NCBI GenBank assembly: GCA_036270565.1
Contig: DATBCJ010000064.1
Coordinates: forward strand, 1 to 58,144
Origin: Candidatus Dormiibacterota bacterium
GTDB taxonomy: Bacteria > Chloroflexota > Dormibacteria > Aeolococcales > Aeolococcaceae
Length of the DNA: 58,144 bases
Direction: 5' to 3'
Shown here: in pieces, positions 8,064-15,859 of the stretch
How the letters are laid out: the number at the start of each line of letters is the position of its first letter
Position numbering within the stretch: position 1 is the stretch's first letter
Made by a program: the position numbers and the translations under genes
The notes under the pieces: model-generated
The model's database searches: none
The model's input: only the letters and a program-made list of their open reading frames with translations
Told to the model about the DNA's origin: nothing

Positions 8064-8813
8064 ATGCATTTCGTCTTCAACTGGGTGCTGATTGCCTCGA
8101 TCGTGCTGGGCCTCTTCACCGCGGCGCTGCTCCTGTACAGCATGTTCCGGTTCCGCCGCAAGCGCGACGACGAGGAACCGGTGCAGTTCCACGGCAACAC
8201 CCGGCTGGAGCTGTTCTGGACGGCGGTGCCGCTGGCCGTGTTCATGTCGCTGTTCGGTCTGACCGTGTCGCAGATGGGCTTCATCAACGACGCCCCGGCG
8301 AGCACGGCCAGCCAGCCGGTGATGAATGTCACCGTCATCGGGGTGCAGTTCGCCTGGACCTTCGACTACGTCGGCCAGCACAACAGCAAAGGCAACGACG
8401 TGCAGAGCATCACCACCCTGTACGTGCCCGCCGACACGCCGGTCAACGTGCAGGTGGTGTCCAGCGACCCACCGTGCGTGACCCAACCTCATGCGCTGGG
8501 GACGGTGAGCGCCGACCAGGCTTCCCGGATCAGCCAGCTCAACCAGAGCCTGGCCGGAGGCGAGAGCCTCGCCGACGCCATCTCGGCCCAGGGGTGTGGC
8601 GTCAACCACAGCCTTTTTGTACCATCGCTCGCCGGCCAGATCAACGCGATCCCTGGCCAGACCAACCACCTCTGGTTGCAGGCGCGCGTCGGTCATTACT
8701 ACGGTCAATGCACGGAGCTGTGCGGCACCGGTCATGCCAGCATGCTGCTCGAGGTCGTCGCCCTCTCGCCCGCCGATTTCAACACGTGGCTCCAGAAGCA
8801 GCTCGCCAAATGA
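8064..8813 (+). CDS. ctaC: Haem-copper (aa3-type) oxidase subunit II
   Basis: Two N-terminal TM helices and a cupredoxin domain with CuA ligands (VNHSLFVP, CTELCGTGHASM). Start set at ATG 8064 (MHFVFNWVLI). The ORF-track TTG at 7839 and ATG 7971 are possible alternatives. No fused cytochrome c domain. Confidence 0.88.
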   Translation: MHFVFNWVLIASIVLGLFTAALLLYSMFRFRRKRDDEEPVQFHGNTRLELFWTAVPLAVFMSLFGLTVSQMGFINDAPASTASQPVMNVTVIGVQFAWTFDYVGQHNSKGNDVQSITTLYVPADTPVNVQVVSSDPPCVTQPHALGTVSADQASRISQLNQSLAGGESLADAISAQGCGVNHSLFVPSLAGQINAIPGQTNHLWLQARVGHYYGQCTELCGTGHASMLLEVVALSPADFNTWLQKQLAK

Positions 8814-8856
8814 TCAGCACATCTGCCCGCCCCGTAACCAGTGAGGGAATCATCTG

Positions 8857-10512
8857 ATGGCGGCGATCAGCACGCCGATACCGGGCACCGGCCTCGCGGC
8901 CCGGTGGGACAAGAAGCGCGGCGTGCTCGGCTGGATCACCACGGTCGACCACAAGAAGATCGCCATCATGTACCTCTACACGACCTTCTTCTTCTTCCTG
9001 GTCGGCGGGGTCATGGCGTTGCTTATCCGGATTCAGCTCGCCGAGCCGCAGAACAAGTTCCTGACGCCCGCGCAGTACAACCAGATCTTCACGATGCACG
9101 GGACGACGATGATCTTCCTCTGGATCATCCCCGTGTTCGCCGGCTTCGGCAACTACTTCGTCCCGCTGATGATCGGCGCGCGTGACATGGCCTTCCCGCG
9201 GCTCAACGCACTCTCCTTCTGGCTCATCCCCCTGGGCGGGCTGGTGATGTACTCCGGGTTTGTCTTCGGCGGCACCGCGGCGGCAGGCTGGACGGGGTAC
9301 GTCCCGCTCACCGAGAAGAGCTACTCGCCGCAGGTCGGACAGGACCTGTGGATCATCGGGCTGCACCTGCTCGGCATCAGCTCGATGCTCGGCGGCATCA
9401 ACTTCCTGGCCACCATCCACAACATGCGAGCTCCCGGCCTGACCTGGGCCCGCCTGCCGCTCTTCGTATGGTCCATGGAGGTGACCCAGGCGCTGGTGGT
9501 GCTCGCCTCGCCGTTCCTGGCGGGCGCACTGTCCATGGTGCTCCTCGACCGCCAGATCGGCGCCACCTTCTTCACCGTCGACCACGGGGGCAATGCCCTG
9601 CTCTACCAGCTGATGTTCTGGTTCTACTCACATCCCGCCGTGTACATCATGGTGCTGCCCGGCTTCGGGATCATCAGCGAGATCATCCCCGTGTTCGCGC
9701 GCAAACCCATCTTCGGCTACCGCGCCATGGCCGCCTCGATGGTGGCAATCGCGGTGCTCGGATTCGTGGTGTTCGTGCACCACATGTTCGTCACCGGCCT
9801 GCCGCTGGTGGTCCAGGAGTTCTTCGCGTTCACCACGCTCTGCATCGGGGTGCCGACAGGAATCAAGATCTTCAACTGGCTGGCCACGATGTGGGGAGGC
9901 AGCATCAGGTTCGACACGCCGATGCTCTTCGCGTGCGGATTCCTGTTGATGTTCCTCATCGGTGGCATCGACGGGGTCTACCTGGGCAGCCTGGCGGTCG
10001 ACCGCACCCTCCACGGCACCTACTGGGTGGTCGGGCACATCCATTACGTGCTCTTCGGGGGCAGCGTCGTGGCTGTCTTCGCCGGCTTCTACTACTGGTT
10101 CCCCAAGGTGACCGGCCGCTTCCTCAGCGAAAAGCTCGGCAAGCTGCACTTCTGGCTGATGATCATCGGCCTCAACCTGACCTTCCTGCCGATGCACCTC
10201 CTCGGTGTCCTGGGGATGCCCCGCCGGATCGCGACCTACGAGGACAACCGCGGCTGGGGTGACCTCAACTCGCTCGAGACCTTCGGCGCGTTCATCATCG
10301 CCATCAGCACAACCATCTTCCTGATCAACTTCGTCCTCACCATGCGCGGTCCCAAGACTGCCCCCGCCGACCCGTGGGAGGGCAACACCCTGGAGTGGGC
10401 GACGTCGTCGCCGCCACCGGAGTACAACTTCGAGGAGATCCCCGTGGTCACCAGTGGGCGGCCGGTGCGCGACGCGCGCCGCGCTCGACAGGCGGCGTCA
10501 GCAACTCCGTGA
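8857..10512 (+). CDS. ctaD: Haem-copper oxidase subunit I
   Basis: 551 aa with 12 TM helices. Canonical motifs include WITTVDHKKIAIMY, FFLVGGVMALLIR, WFYSHPAVYIMVLPGFG and HHMFVTG. Confidence 0.95.
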   Translation: MAAISTPIPGTGLAARWDKKRGVLGWITTVDHKKIAIMYLYTTFFFFLVGGVMALLIRIQLAEPQNKFLTPAQYNQIFTMHGTTMIFLWIIPVFAGFGNYFVPLMIGARDMAFPRLNALSFWLIPLGGLVMYSGFVFGGTAAAGWTGYVPLTEKSYSPQVGQDLWIIGLHLLGISSMLGGINFLATIHNMRAPGLTWARLPLFVWSMEVTQALVVLASPFLAGALSMVLLDRQIGATFFTVDHGGNALLYQLMFWFYSHPAVYIMVLPGFGIISEIIPVFARKPIFGYRAMAASMVAIAVLGFVVFVHHMFVTGLPLVVQEFFAFTTLCIGVPTGIKIFNWLATMWGGSIRFDTPMLFACGFLLMFLIGGIDGVYLGSLAVDRTLHGTYWVVGHIHYVLFGGSVVAVFAGFYYWFPKVTGRFLSEKLGKLHFWLMIIGLNLTFLPMHLLGVLGMPRRIATYEDNRGWGDLNSLETFGAFIIAISTTIFLINFVLTMRGPKTAPADPWEGNTLEWATSSPPPEYNFEEIPVVTSGRPVRDARRARQAASATP

Positions 10513-11468
10513 GCTTCGCTCCGTCGCGCGCGTTTCGGCGCCTCACCGTGCTGACCGCTCTCGCAACCTACCTGCTGATCGTCGCCGGGGGCGTGGTGCG
10601 GGTCACCGGCAGCGGGCTGGGCTGCGGCGACAAGGACCAATGGCCGTTCTGCCGCGGGCAGTGGCTGCCTCCCTTGGAGCAGACCGCGCTCATCGAGTTC
10701 ACCCATCGCTGGGTCGCCGCGGTCGCCACGTTCTTGGTGGTGCTCCTCGCCGCATGGGTCTGGTGGCGCTACCGGCACGTGCGCCGGCTCGCCGTCGGAG
10801 CCAGCGTGGTGGTGCTGCTGTTCATCCTGCAGATCGCACTCGGTGCGATCACCGTGGAGTACAACCTGCCCAGCGGGGTCATCATGATCCACCTCGCCAA
10901 CGCGCTGCTGTTGCTGGGGGCGCTGACCTGGATCGCGGTGATCACCGCCACCGCAGCAACCGAACGCCCACGTCCGCTGCACAGCGCCACCCGCCTCGCC
11001 GGGATCGCGGCAGGGGCGACGTACGTGCTGGCGCTCAGCGGCGCCCTGGTTGTTGACCAGGGCGCCGGCTATGCCTGCGCGGGGTGGCCGTTGTGCGGCA
11101 ACGGTTTCCAGCTCTCCTCGGGCCAGCTCGCCGACGTCAATCTCCTGCACCGGCTCGTCGCCGGCGTCGTCGTGGCGCTGCTCGCCTACTCGATGACCCG
11201 GCTGCGCCGTTCTCTTCCCGGCGACCGGGCGCTGCGCCGAGCCACGCTTGCCGTGGCAGTGCTGGTGGTGGCACAGGTGACCGCCGGGGCGCTGGTGGTC
11301 GACCTCCGCCTCCCGGCCGGGGTGCGGGCGCTGCACCTGGCGCTGGCCAGCGGCCTGTGGGCATGCGTGGTGGTTACAACGGTGATCGCTCGCGGCGCAC
11401 CGCGGGATGAGGCCGCAAGCGCCGCACGGCTCGACAGCCCCGTGCGCATCGGAGCGGCGGCGTCATGA
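10509..11468 (+). CDS. ctaA: Haem A synthase (COX15/CtaA family)
   Basis: Polytopic membrane protein with two Cys pairs (GLGCGDKDQWPFC and YACAGWPLC) and conserved histidines (FTHRW, LLHRL). Start placed at GTG 10509, a GTGA overlap with the ctaD stop. The longer ORF-track form overlaps ctaD. Confidence 0.85.
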   Translation: MSFAPSRAFRRLTVLTALATYLLIVAGGVVRVTGSGLGCGDKDQWPFCRGQWLPPLEQTALIEFTHRWVAAVATFLVVLLAAWVWWRYRHVRRLAVGASVVVLLFILQIALGAITVEYNLPSGVIMIHLANALLLLGALTWIAVITATAATERPRPLHSATRLAGIAAGATYVLALSGALVVDQGAGYACAGWPLCGNGFQLSSGQLADVNLLHRLVAGVVVALLAYSMTRLRRSLPGDRALRRATLAVAVLVVAQVTAGALVVDLRLPAGVRALHLALASGLWACVVVTTVIARGAPRDEAASAARLDSPVRIGAAAS

Positions 11469-12379
11469 GTGTCGCTGTCGGCATCGAGAGCGCGCCGCGC
11501 GCACCCAGCGCTCGACTGACCCGCACGCTGCGCGATTACGTGGCGCTGACCAAGCCCCGTGTGGTCGTGCTGCTCGAGGTGACCACGGTGTTCGCGATGG
11601 TCATGGCGGCGCGGGGTTGGCCCGGCTGGCGGCTGACCGTGGACACGGTGGTGGGCGGCTGGCTCGCCGCCGGCGGCGCGCACGCGATCAACTGCTGGTT
11701 CGATCGCGACATCGACGCCACCATGGGCCGCACCCGGACCCGCCCCGTCCCCTCGGGTCGCATCGACCCCGTCAACGCCCTTGTTTTCGGCACAGCGCTC
11801 GGATTGGTGAGCTTCGCGCTGCTCGCCATCGAGGTCAACCTGCTGGCCGCCGCTCTTGCGCTTACCGGTCTGCTCTTCTACGTGCTCGTCTACACCATGT
11901 GGCTGAAGCGCAGCTCGGTGCAGAACATTGTCGTCGGCGGCGCGGCGGGGGCAATCCCCCCGTTGGTCGGCTGGGCGGCCGTGCAGGGCCGGTTGAGCTT
12001 GACAGCGCTGTTCCTGTTCGCCGTCATCTTCTACTGGACGCCGCCACATTTCTGGGCACTGTCCCTGCTGATCCGGCGCGACTACGCTGGAGCGTCGGTC
12101 CCCATGCTCCCGGTCGTCGCCGGCGAGGCGGAGACGCGGCGCCAGATCCTGCTCTACAGCGCCGTGTTGGTCCTGGTCACCTTCCTGCCGATGATGGTTC
12201 ACCTCTTCGGCCCGGTGTACGCCATCGGCGCGGGCCTCCTCGACGCCGCTTTCCTGGCCACCACCGGCCTGGCGGTGCTCACGCCCAGCGCACGTGCGGC
12301 CCGGCGCGTCTTCTACTATTCGATGCTGTACTTGGCGCTGCTCTTTGCGGTCATGGCTCTGGATCGCGTGATCGGCTGA
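11465..12379 (+). CDS. ctaB: Protohaem IX farnesyltransferase (haem O synthase)
   Basis: UbiA-family motifs (LTKPRVVVLL, NCWFDRDIDATMGRTRTRP, YWTPPHFWAL). ATGA overlap with ctaA. Confidence 0.93.
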   Translation: MSVAVGIESAPRAPSARLTRTLRDYVALTKPRVVVLLEVTTVFAMVMAARGWPGWRLTVDTVVGGWLAAGGAHAINCWFDRDIDATMGRTRTRPVPSGRIDPVNALVFGTALGLVSFALLAIEVNLLAAALALTGLLFYVLVYTMWLKRSSVQNIVVGGAAGAIPPLVGWAAVQGRLSLTALFLFAVIFYWTPPHFWALSLLIRRDYAGASVPMLPVVAGEAETRRQILLYSAVLVLVTFLPMMVHLFGPVYAIGAGLLDAAFLATTGLAVLTPSARAARRVFYYSMLYLALLFAVMALDRVIG

Positions 12380-12393
12380 GCGGGGAGATCGAC

Positions 12394-12513
12394 GTGGACA
12401 AGAAGCTGGCCCGCAAGAACATCCGCAGCGGGATCACGATGTTCATCATGGTGCTGGCGCTGATCGGGGTCACGTTCGTGTGGGCGGCCGTGTACCTCAA
12501 CGCGGTCAAGTAG
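12394..12513 (+). CDS. Small single-TM protein (39 aa), probable oxidase-associated or assembly subunit
   Basis: GTG 12394 behind GGGGAG gives VDKKLARKNIRSGITMFIMVLALIGVTFVWAAVYLNAVK. Sits between ctaB and the subunit-IV-like gene. Confidence 0.45.
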   Translation: MDKKLARKNIRSGITMFIMVLALIGVTFVWAAVYLNAVK

Positions 12514-12521
12514 GGGAGGAT

Positions 12522-12791
12522 ATGGCCGACGAGACTGCTCCCCTGCACGACGCGGACGCGGCGCACACCGAGCACGCCGCCATCCACATGCCTCCCAACA
12601 GCCTGGTGCCGATCAACGTCGCGTTGGCTCTGGCCACCACGTTCGTCGGCTTCGTCGACCAGGTGCGCAACACGGTCGGTCCGCTGGTCTGGGGCATCGG
12701 GGCGATCTGGTTCATCGCCAGCTGCGTGGTCTGGTTCCTGGCCGCGCGCAATGAGTTCAGCGAGCTTCCCGAGTCCGCCGACGGGCACTGA
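12522..12791 (+). CDS. Two-TM protein resembling the C-terminal half of actinobacterial oxidase subunit IV (CtaF-like)
   Basis: ATG 12522 directly behind GGGGAGGA. The pattern HMPPNSLVPINVALALATTFVGF...GPLVWGIGAIWFIASCVVWFLAARNEF resembles the P-x-S-x-W-P helix pair of CtaF as I recall it. Similarity was judged by eye only. Confidence 0.5.
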   Translation: MADETAPLHDADAAHTEHAAIHMPPNSLVPINVALALATTFVGFVDQVRNTVGPLVWGIGAIWFIASCVVWFLAARNEFSELPESADGH

Positions 12792-12822
12792 CGCGGCCGC
12801 CGGGGCGGTGGGCTGAGAGCCC

Positions 12823-13662
12823 GTGGAGGTCGCTCACCTGGGGCTCGGTGACTGGTCGTGGGAACCCACCGTGCTCCTTGGCATCGCCGCGCTGGTGGCC
12901 GTGTATGCCCTGGCTTGGCGCCGCGGACTGCTCAGTGACGACGATGACGTTTCGCCGTGGTTCGCCTCAGCGCGGCTGCGGCGCGGCTTCTTCGCCAGCG
13001 GTGTGCTGCTTGGGTTTGTCGCGCTGGTCTCGCCCATCGACACCGGTGGTGACCAGTACCTCTTCTCGCTGCACATGGTGCAGCACCTGCTCCTGATGAT
13101 GGTCGCCCCGCCGCTCTGCCTGCTCGGCATCGCCGGCATCCGCGTGCCGCTCAGCGGTTCCCCCGGGCCCTGGCGGCGCATCTGGGCGGTGCTGGTGCAC
13201 CCCTGGTCGGCGACGCTGATCTTCAGCGCCGTGCTGCTGGTCTGGCACATCCCCGCCCTCTACGACGCCACCCTCACCACCGAACCCATCCACGTGTTCG
13301 AGCACCTGAGCTTCATCGCCGTCGGGGTCATCTTCTGGTGGCCGATCGTCGACCCGATGCGCGGGCGGGACACGACACGCTGGGTGAGTCCCTTCGCGAA
13401 GATCGCCATGCTGGTGGCGTCGGGGATCCCGCCCACCGTGCTCGGCCTGATCTTCACGATCGCGCCCCATGCCTTCTACGACTTCTACGTCCGTGCTCCG
13501 CGGTTGTGGGGGCTGAGCCCGGTGGTCGACCAGCAGCTCGCCGGCGTGGTGATGTTTGGCGCCGGCAATCTCGTCTACTTCGCCGCGGTGGTGGCGGTGT
13601 TCTGGCGCGTGTTCGGTGACCCCGCACGCGACGAGGAGGAGGCGCAGCACGCCTCCGGTTGA
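12823..13662 (+). CDS. ctaG: Cytochrome c oxidase assembly factor, Bacillus CtaG type (Caa3_CtaG family)
   Basis: Polytopic membrane protein with FSLHMVQHLLLMMVAPPL, VWHIPALYD and FEHLSFIAVGVIFWWPIV motifs typical of this family. Confidence 0.8.
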   Translation: MEVAHLGLGDWSWEPTVLLGIAALVAVYALAWRRGLLSDDDDVSPWFASARLRRGFFASGVLLGFVALVSPIDTGGDQYLFSLHMVQHLLLMMVAPPLCLLGIAGIRVPLSGSPGPWRRIWAVLVHPWSATLIFSAVLLVWHIPALYDATLTTEPIHVFEHLSFIAVGVIFWWPIVDPMRGRDTTRWVSPFAKIAMLVASGIPPTVLGLIFTIAPHAFYDFYVRAPRLWGLSPVVDQQLAGVVMFGAGNLVYFAAVVAVFWRVFGDPARDEEEAQHASG

Positions 13663-13788
13663 GCCCGCGCCGAGGCGCCCAACGCGTGCCATCCCCTACC
13701 ATCTCGGGGACCATTTGCTGCCGCACAGTGACCTGCGCGGATGGACGCGCCGTCCCGTGCCGGCAGACACCAGGAGGGACACCACGGT

Positions 13789-14202
13789 ATGACCCGGCTC
13801 CGCTCGATCGCCGTCATCGTCGGCATCGGCCTGGCTCTCACGATCAGCGGGTGCGGCAACGGTCCACCAGAGGTCGCCGGAGCGGGAGGCGGCGGCGGTG
13901 CACCGATCGGCACCGCAGGGGCGACGCTGCCGGGCACCGCGGCGAAGACGGTGTCCGCGACCTCTGACCTGACGTTCAGCCCCAAGTCGATCACCGTCAA
14001 GGCCGGCGACATCATCAAGTGGACCAACACCGGGAGCGTGCCGCACAACGTCACCTTCGACGCGTACCCCGACCTGAGCGACACCTCGCAGAACCTGGCG
14101 CAGGGCGACAGCTGGGAGGTGAAGATCACCGTTGCGGGGACGTACGCCTATCACTGCACCATCCACCCGGGCATGGACGGGCAGATCACAGTCGGCAGCT
14201 GA
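13789..14202 (+). CDS. Lipoprotein type-1 (blue) copper protein, plastocyanin/amicyanin-like
   Basis: Lipobox LTISGC after a signal peptide. Cupredoxin ligands are H in GSVPHNVTF and C, H, M in YHCTIHPGM (C-x2-H-x2-M spacing). ATG 13789 lies behind AGGAGGGA. The ORF-track start at 13741 is less likely. Confidence 0.85.
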   Translation: MTRLRSIAVIVGIGLALTISGCGNGPPEVAGAGGGGGAPIGTAGATLPGTAAKTVSATSDLTFSPKSITVKAGDIIKWTNTGSVPHNVTFDAYPDLSDTSQNLAQGDSWEVKITVAGTYAYHCTIHPGMDGQITVGS

Positions 14203-14234
14203 GACGGAGGCGGGTTGAGGCGGCGGCTGAGCCG

Positions 14235-15023
14235 TCAGCCCGGCGGCGGCAGCCCGATGTGGACGTCGCCGGCCAGGACGCGAACCGTGCCACCGGCTGC
14301 GGCGACCAGCAGGGCCCCGTCGTTGTCGATTCCCTCGGCCGTTCCGGTGACGATGCCCGCCGACGAGCGCGCGGTCACCACGTCCCCGATCCCTGCGGCG
14401 TGCGTGAGCCACTCCTCGCGAAGGCCGGCAACCCCCGAGCTCTGCAGGATGCGGAGCCGTTCAGCCAGCTCACCCAGGTAGGCGGCGAACAGCACCGCCG
14501 GCGCCGGCGCTGTCGGCACCAGGACGTGCAGGCTGGCGCCGGCGACCCGTGCAGGAAACTCGACCCGCAGGTTCACGCCGAGCCCGACCGCCACCGCCGC
14601 GCCGGGCCCCGGCGCGAGCGCCTCCACCTCACAGAGGACGCCCGCCAATTTGCGTTTCCCGGCAAGGAGGTCGTTGGGCCACTTCAGCAACGCCGCATAC
14701 CCCGACGACGTGGCGATCGCTGCGCGCGCGGCCAGCCCGGCGGCGATCGGCACGCCACCGAGGCCCGGTTGGTCGACGCGCACCAGCACCGAGCACAGCA
14801 GCGCCTCGCCGGCCGCGGTGATCCACCGCCGGCCCTGGCGGCCGCGGCCGGCGGATTGCGTCTCCGCCACGCAGCTGTAGCCGGCGTCCACCCCGGCCCG
14901 CGCCGCCGCGCGCACCACATCCTGGGTGCTGGCGGTTGCGGCCAGAGCTGTCATTCGAAAGCCCGGGAACGCGCGCCGGCCAGCGCGGTGCAGGGCCGCG
15001 ACCTCGGTGGCGGTGCCGATCAC
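14235..15023 (-). CDS. birA: Biotin--[acetyl-CoA-carboxylase] ligase (group I, no DNA-binding domain)
   Basis: The GRGRQGRRW biotin-binding loop and KWPNDLL motif. 262 aa with a GTG start. Confidence 0.88.
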   Translation of the reverse strand: MIGTATEVAALHRAGRRAFPGFRMTALAATASTQDVVRAAARAGVDAGYSCVAETQSAGRGRQGRRWITAAGEALLCSVLVRVDQPGLGGVPIAAGLAARAAIATSSGYAALLKWPNDLLAGKRKLAGVLCEVEALAPGPGAAVAVGLGVNLRVEFPARVAGASLHVLVPTAPAPAVLFAAYLGELAERLRILQSSGVAGLREEWLTHAAGIGDVVTARSSAGIVTGTAEGIDNDGALLVAAAGGTVRVLAGDVHIGLPPPG

Positions 15024-15035
15024 AATTGGGCTCCC

Positions 15036-15446
15036 ATGTCAATGCTTGACGTTTTCGGGCATGGTGTTAGCATTCCCCAGCGGTCCACCGGCAACGCCGA
15101 GCCCGACAACTATCTTCATTGTGGTGCAAGCGAAATGATCCAGGAGACGTGCACGCGTATCGAAGAGCTCGAGGATTTCTGGACGTCCGAGATCCGCGCC
15201 CGGCATGCCCGCCGCAACAAGATTCGCGAGATCGATGACCTGCTCAACCAGTTCGAGATGCTCAACCTTGCCGACGACCCGATCGTGCCCCGGGAGCTTG
15301 GCTTCCGCGTCGCCGCTTTCATCCGCGCCGAGGAGCACCCGCTGTCGCAGCGGAGCCCGGAGACAGTGCCGATCCAGGACTGGATGGAGGCGCTCTACGA
15401 CGTCCAGGACGGGTTGATGATCCGCTTTCCCGACGACATCGACTGA
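15036..15446 (+). CDS. Hypothetical acidic protein
   Basis: C-terminal part of the 14019-15446 ORF; the upstream part is antisense to birA. Protein-like sequence IEELEDFWTSEIRARHARRNKIREIDDLLNQFEMLNLADDPIVPRELGF. Start is uncertain (ATG 15036 or ATG 15135), and the first 100 nt are less GC-rich. Confidence 0.45.
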   Translation: MSMLDVFGHGVSIPQRSTGNAEPDNYLHCGASEMIQETCTRIEELEDFWTSEIRARHARRNKIREIDDLLNQFEMLNLADDPIVPRELGFRVAAFIRAEEHPLSQRSPETVPIQDWMEALYDVQDGLMIRFPDDID

Positions 15447-15499
15447 GAACCGTCCGGCCGCGTCGTTTGTGCCCCGCCTTCTATAGTTCGCAGTCAAGG

Positions 15500-15721
15500 A
15501 TGAGCGAGCCGCCGCCGCGTCGCGGATTCTGGGAGGCCCCGGTGCCACCTGCGTGGGCGCTGCGTGCCCTTGCCAAGGGCATCATCGGTCCGGAGCGCTT
15601 CGAGGCGCTGGTGGCCTACACGGCCGACCCGGCCACCGTGCGCCGCCGCCGTACCCGGATGCGCTCGGCCTGCTCGTGCCGCGTCCACGCCCGCCGCGGC
15701 TGCACCAGCTGGCGGTTCTAG
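15500..15721 (+). CDS. Hypothetical small protein (73 aa), Cys/Arg-rich C-terminus
   Basis: High GC3 in frame. GIIGPERFEALVAYTADPATV looks protein-like, but the tail RRRRTRMRSACSCRVHARRGCTSWRF is unusual. No SD found. Confidence 0.25.
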   Translation: MSEPPPRRGFWEAPVPPAWALRALAKGIIGPERFEALVAYTADPATVRRRRTRMRSACSCRVHARRGCTSWRF

Positions 15722-15781
15722 ACCCCGGACCTGTCCGTCGTGGCGAGGTCGCGCGTTTATACTCGTGCCTCGATCCCGCGG

Positions 15782-15854
<73 letters not shown>

Positions 15855-15859
15855 CGCCC

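Noticed and set aside
10236-11336. 366-aa minus-strand ORF over ctaD and ctaA
   Set aside because: Antisense shadow ORF. It is low complexity (Arg/Gly/Pro/His), while the plus-strand genes are clear.
14019-15035. N-terminal two-thirds of the 475-aa plus-strand ORF 14019-15446
   Set aside because: This part is antisense to birA and is Arg/Pro-rich. Only the last 103-136 codons (from 15036 or 15135) look like a real protein.
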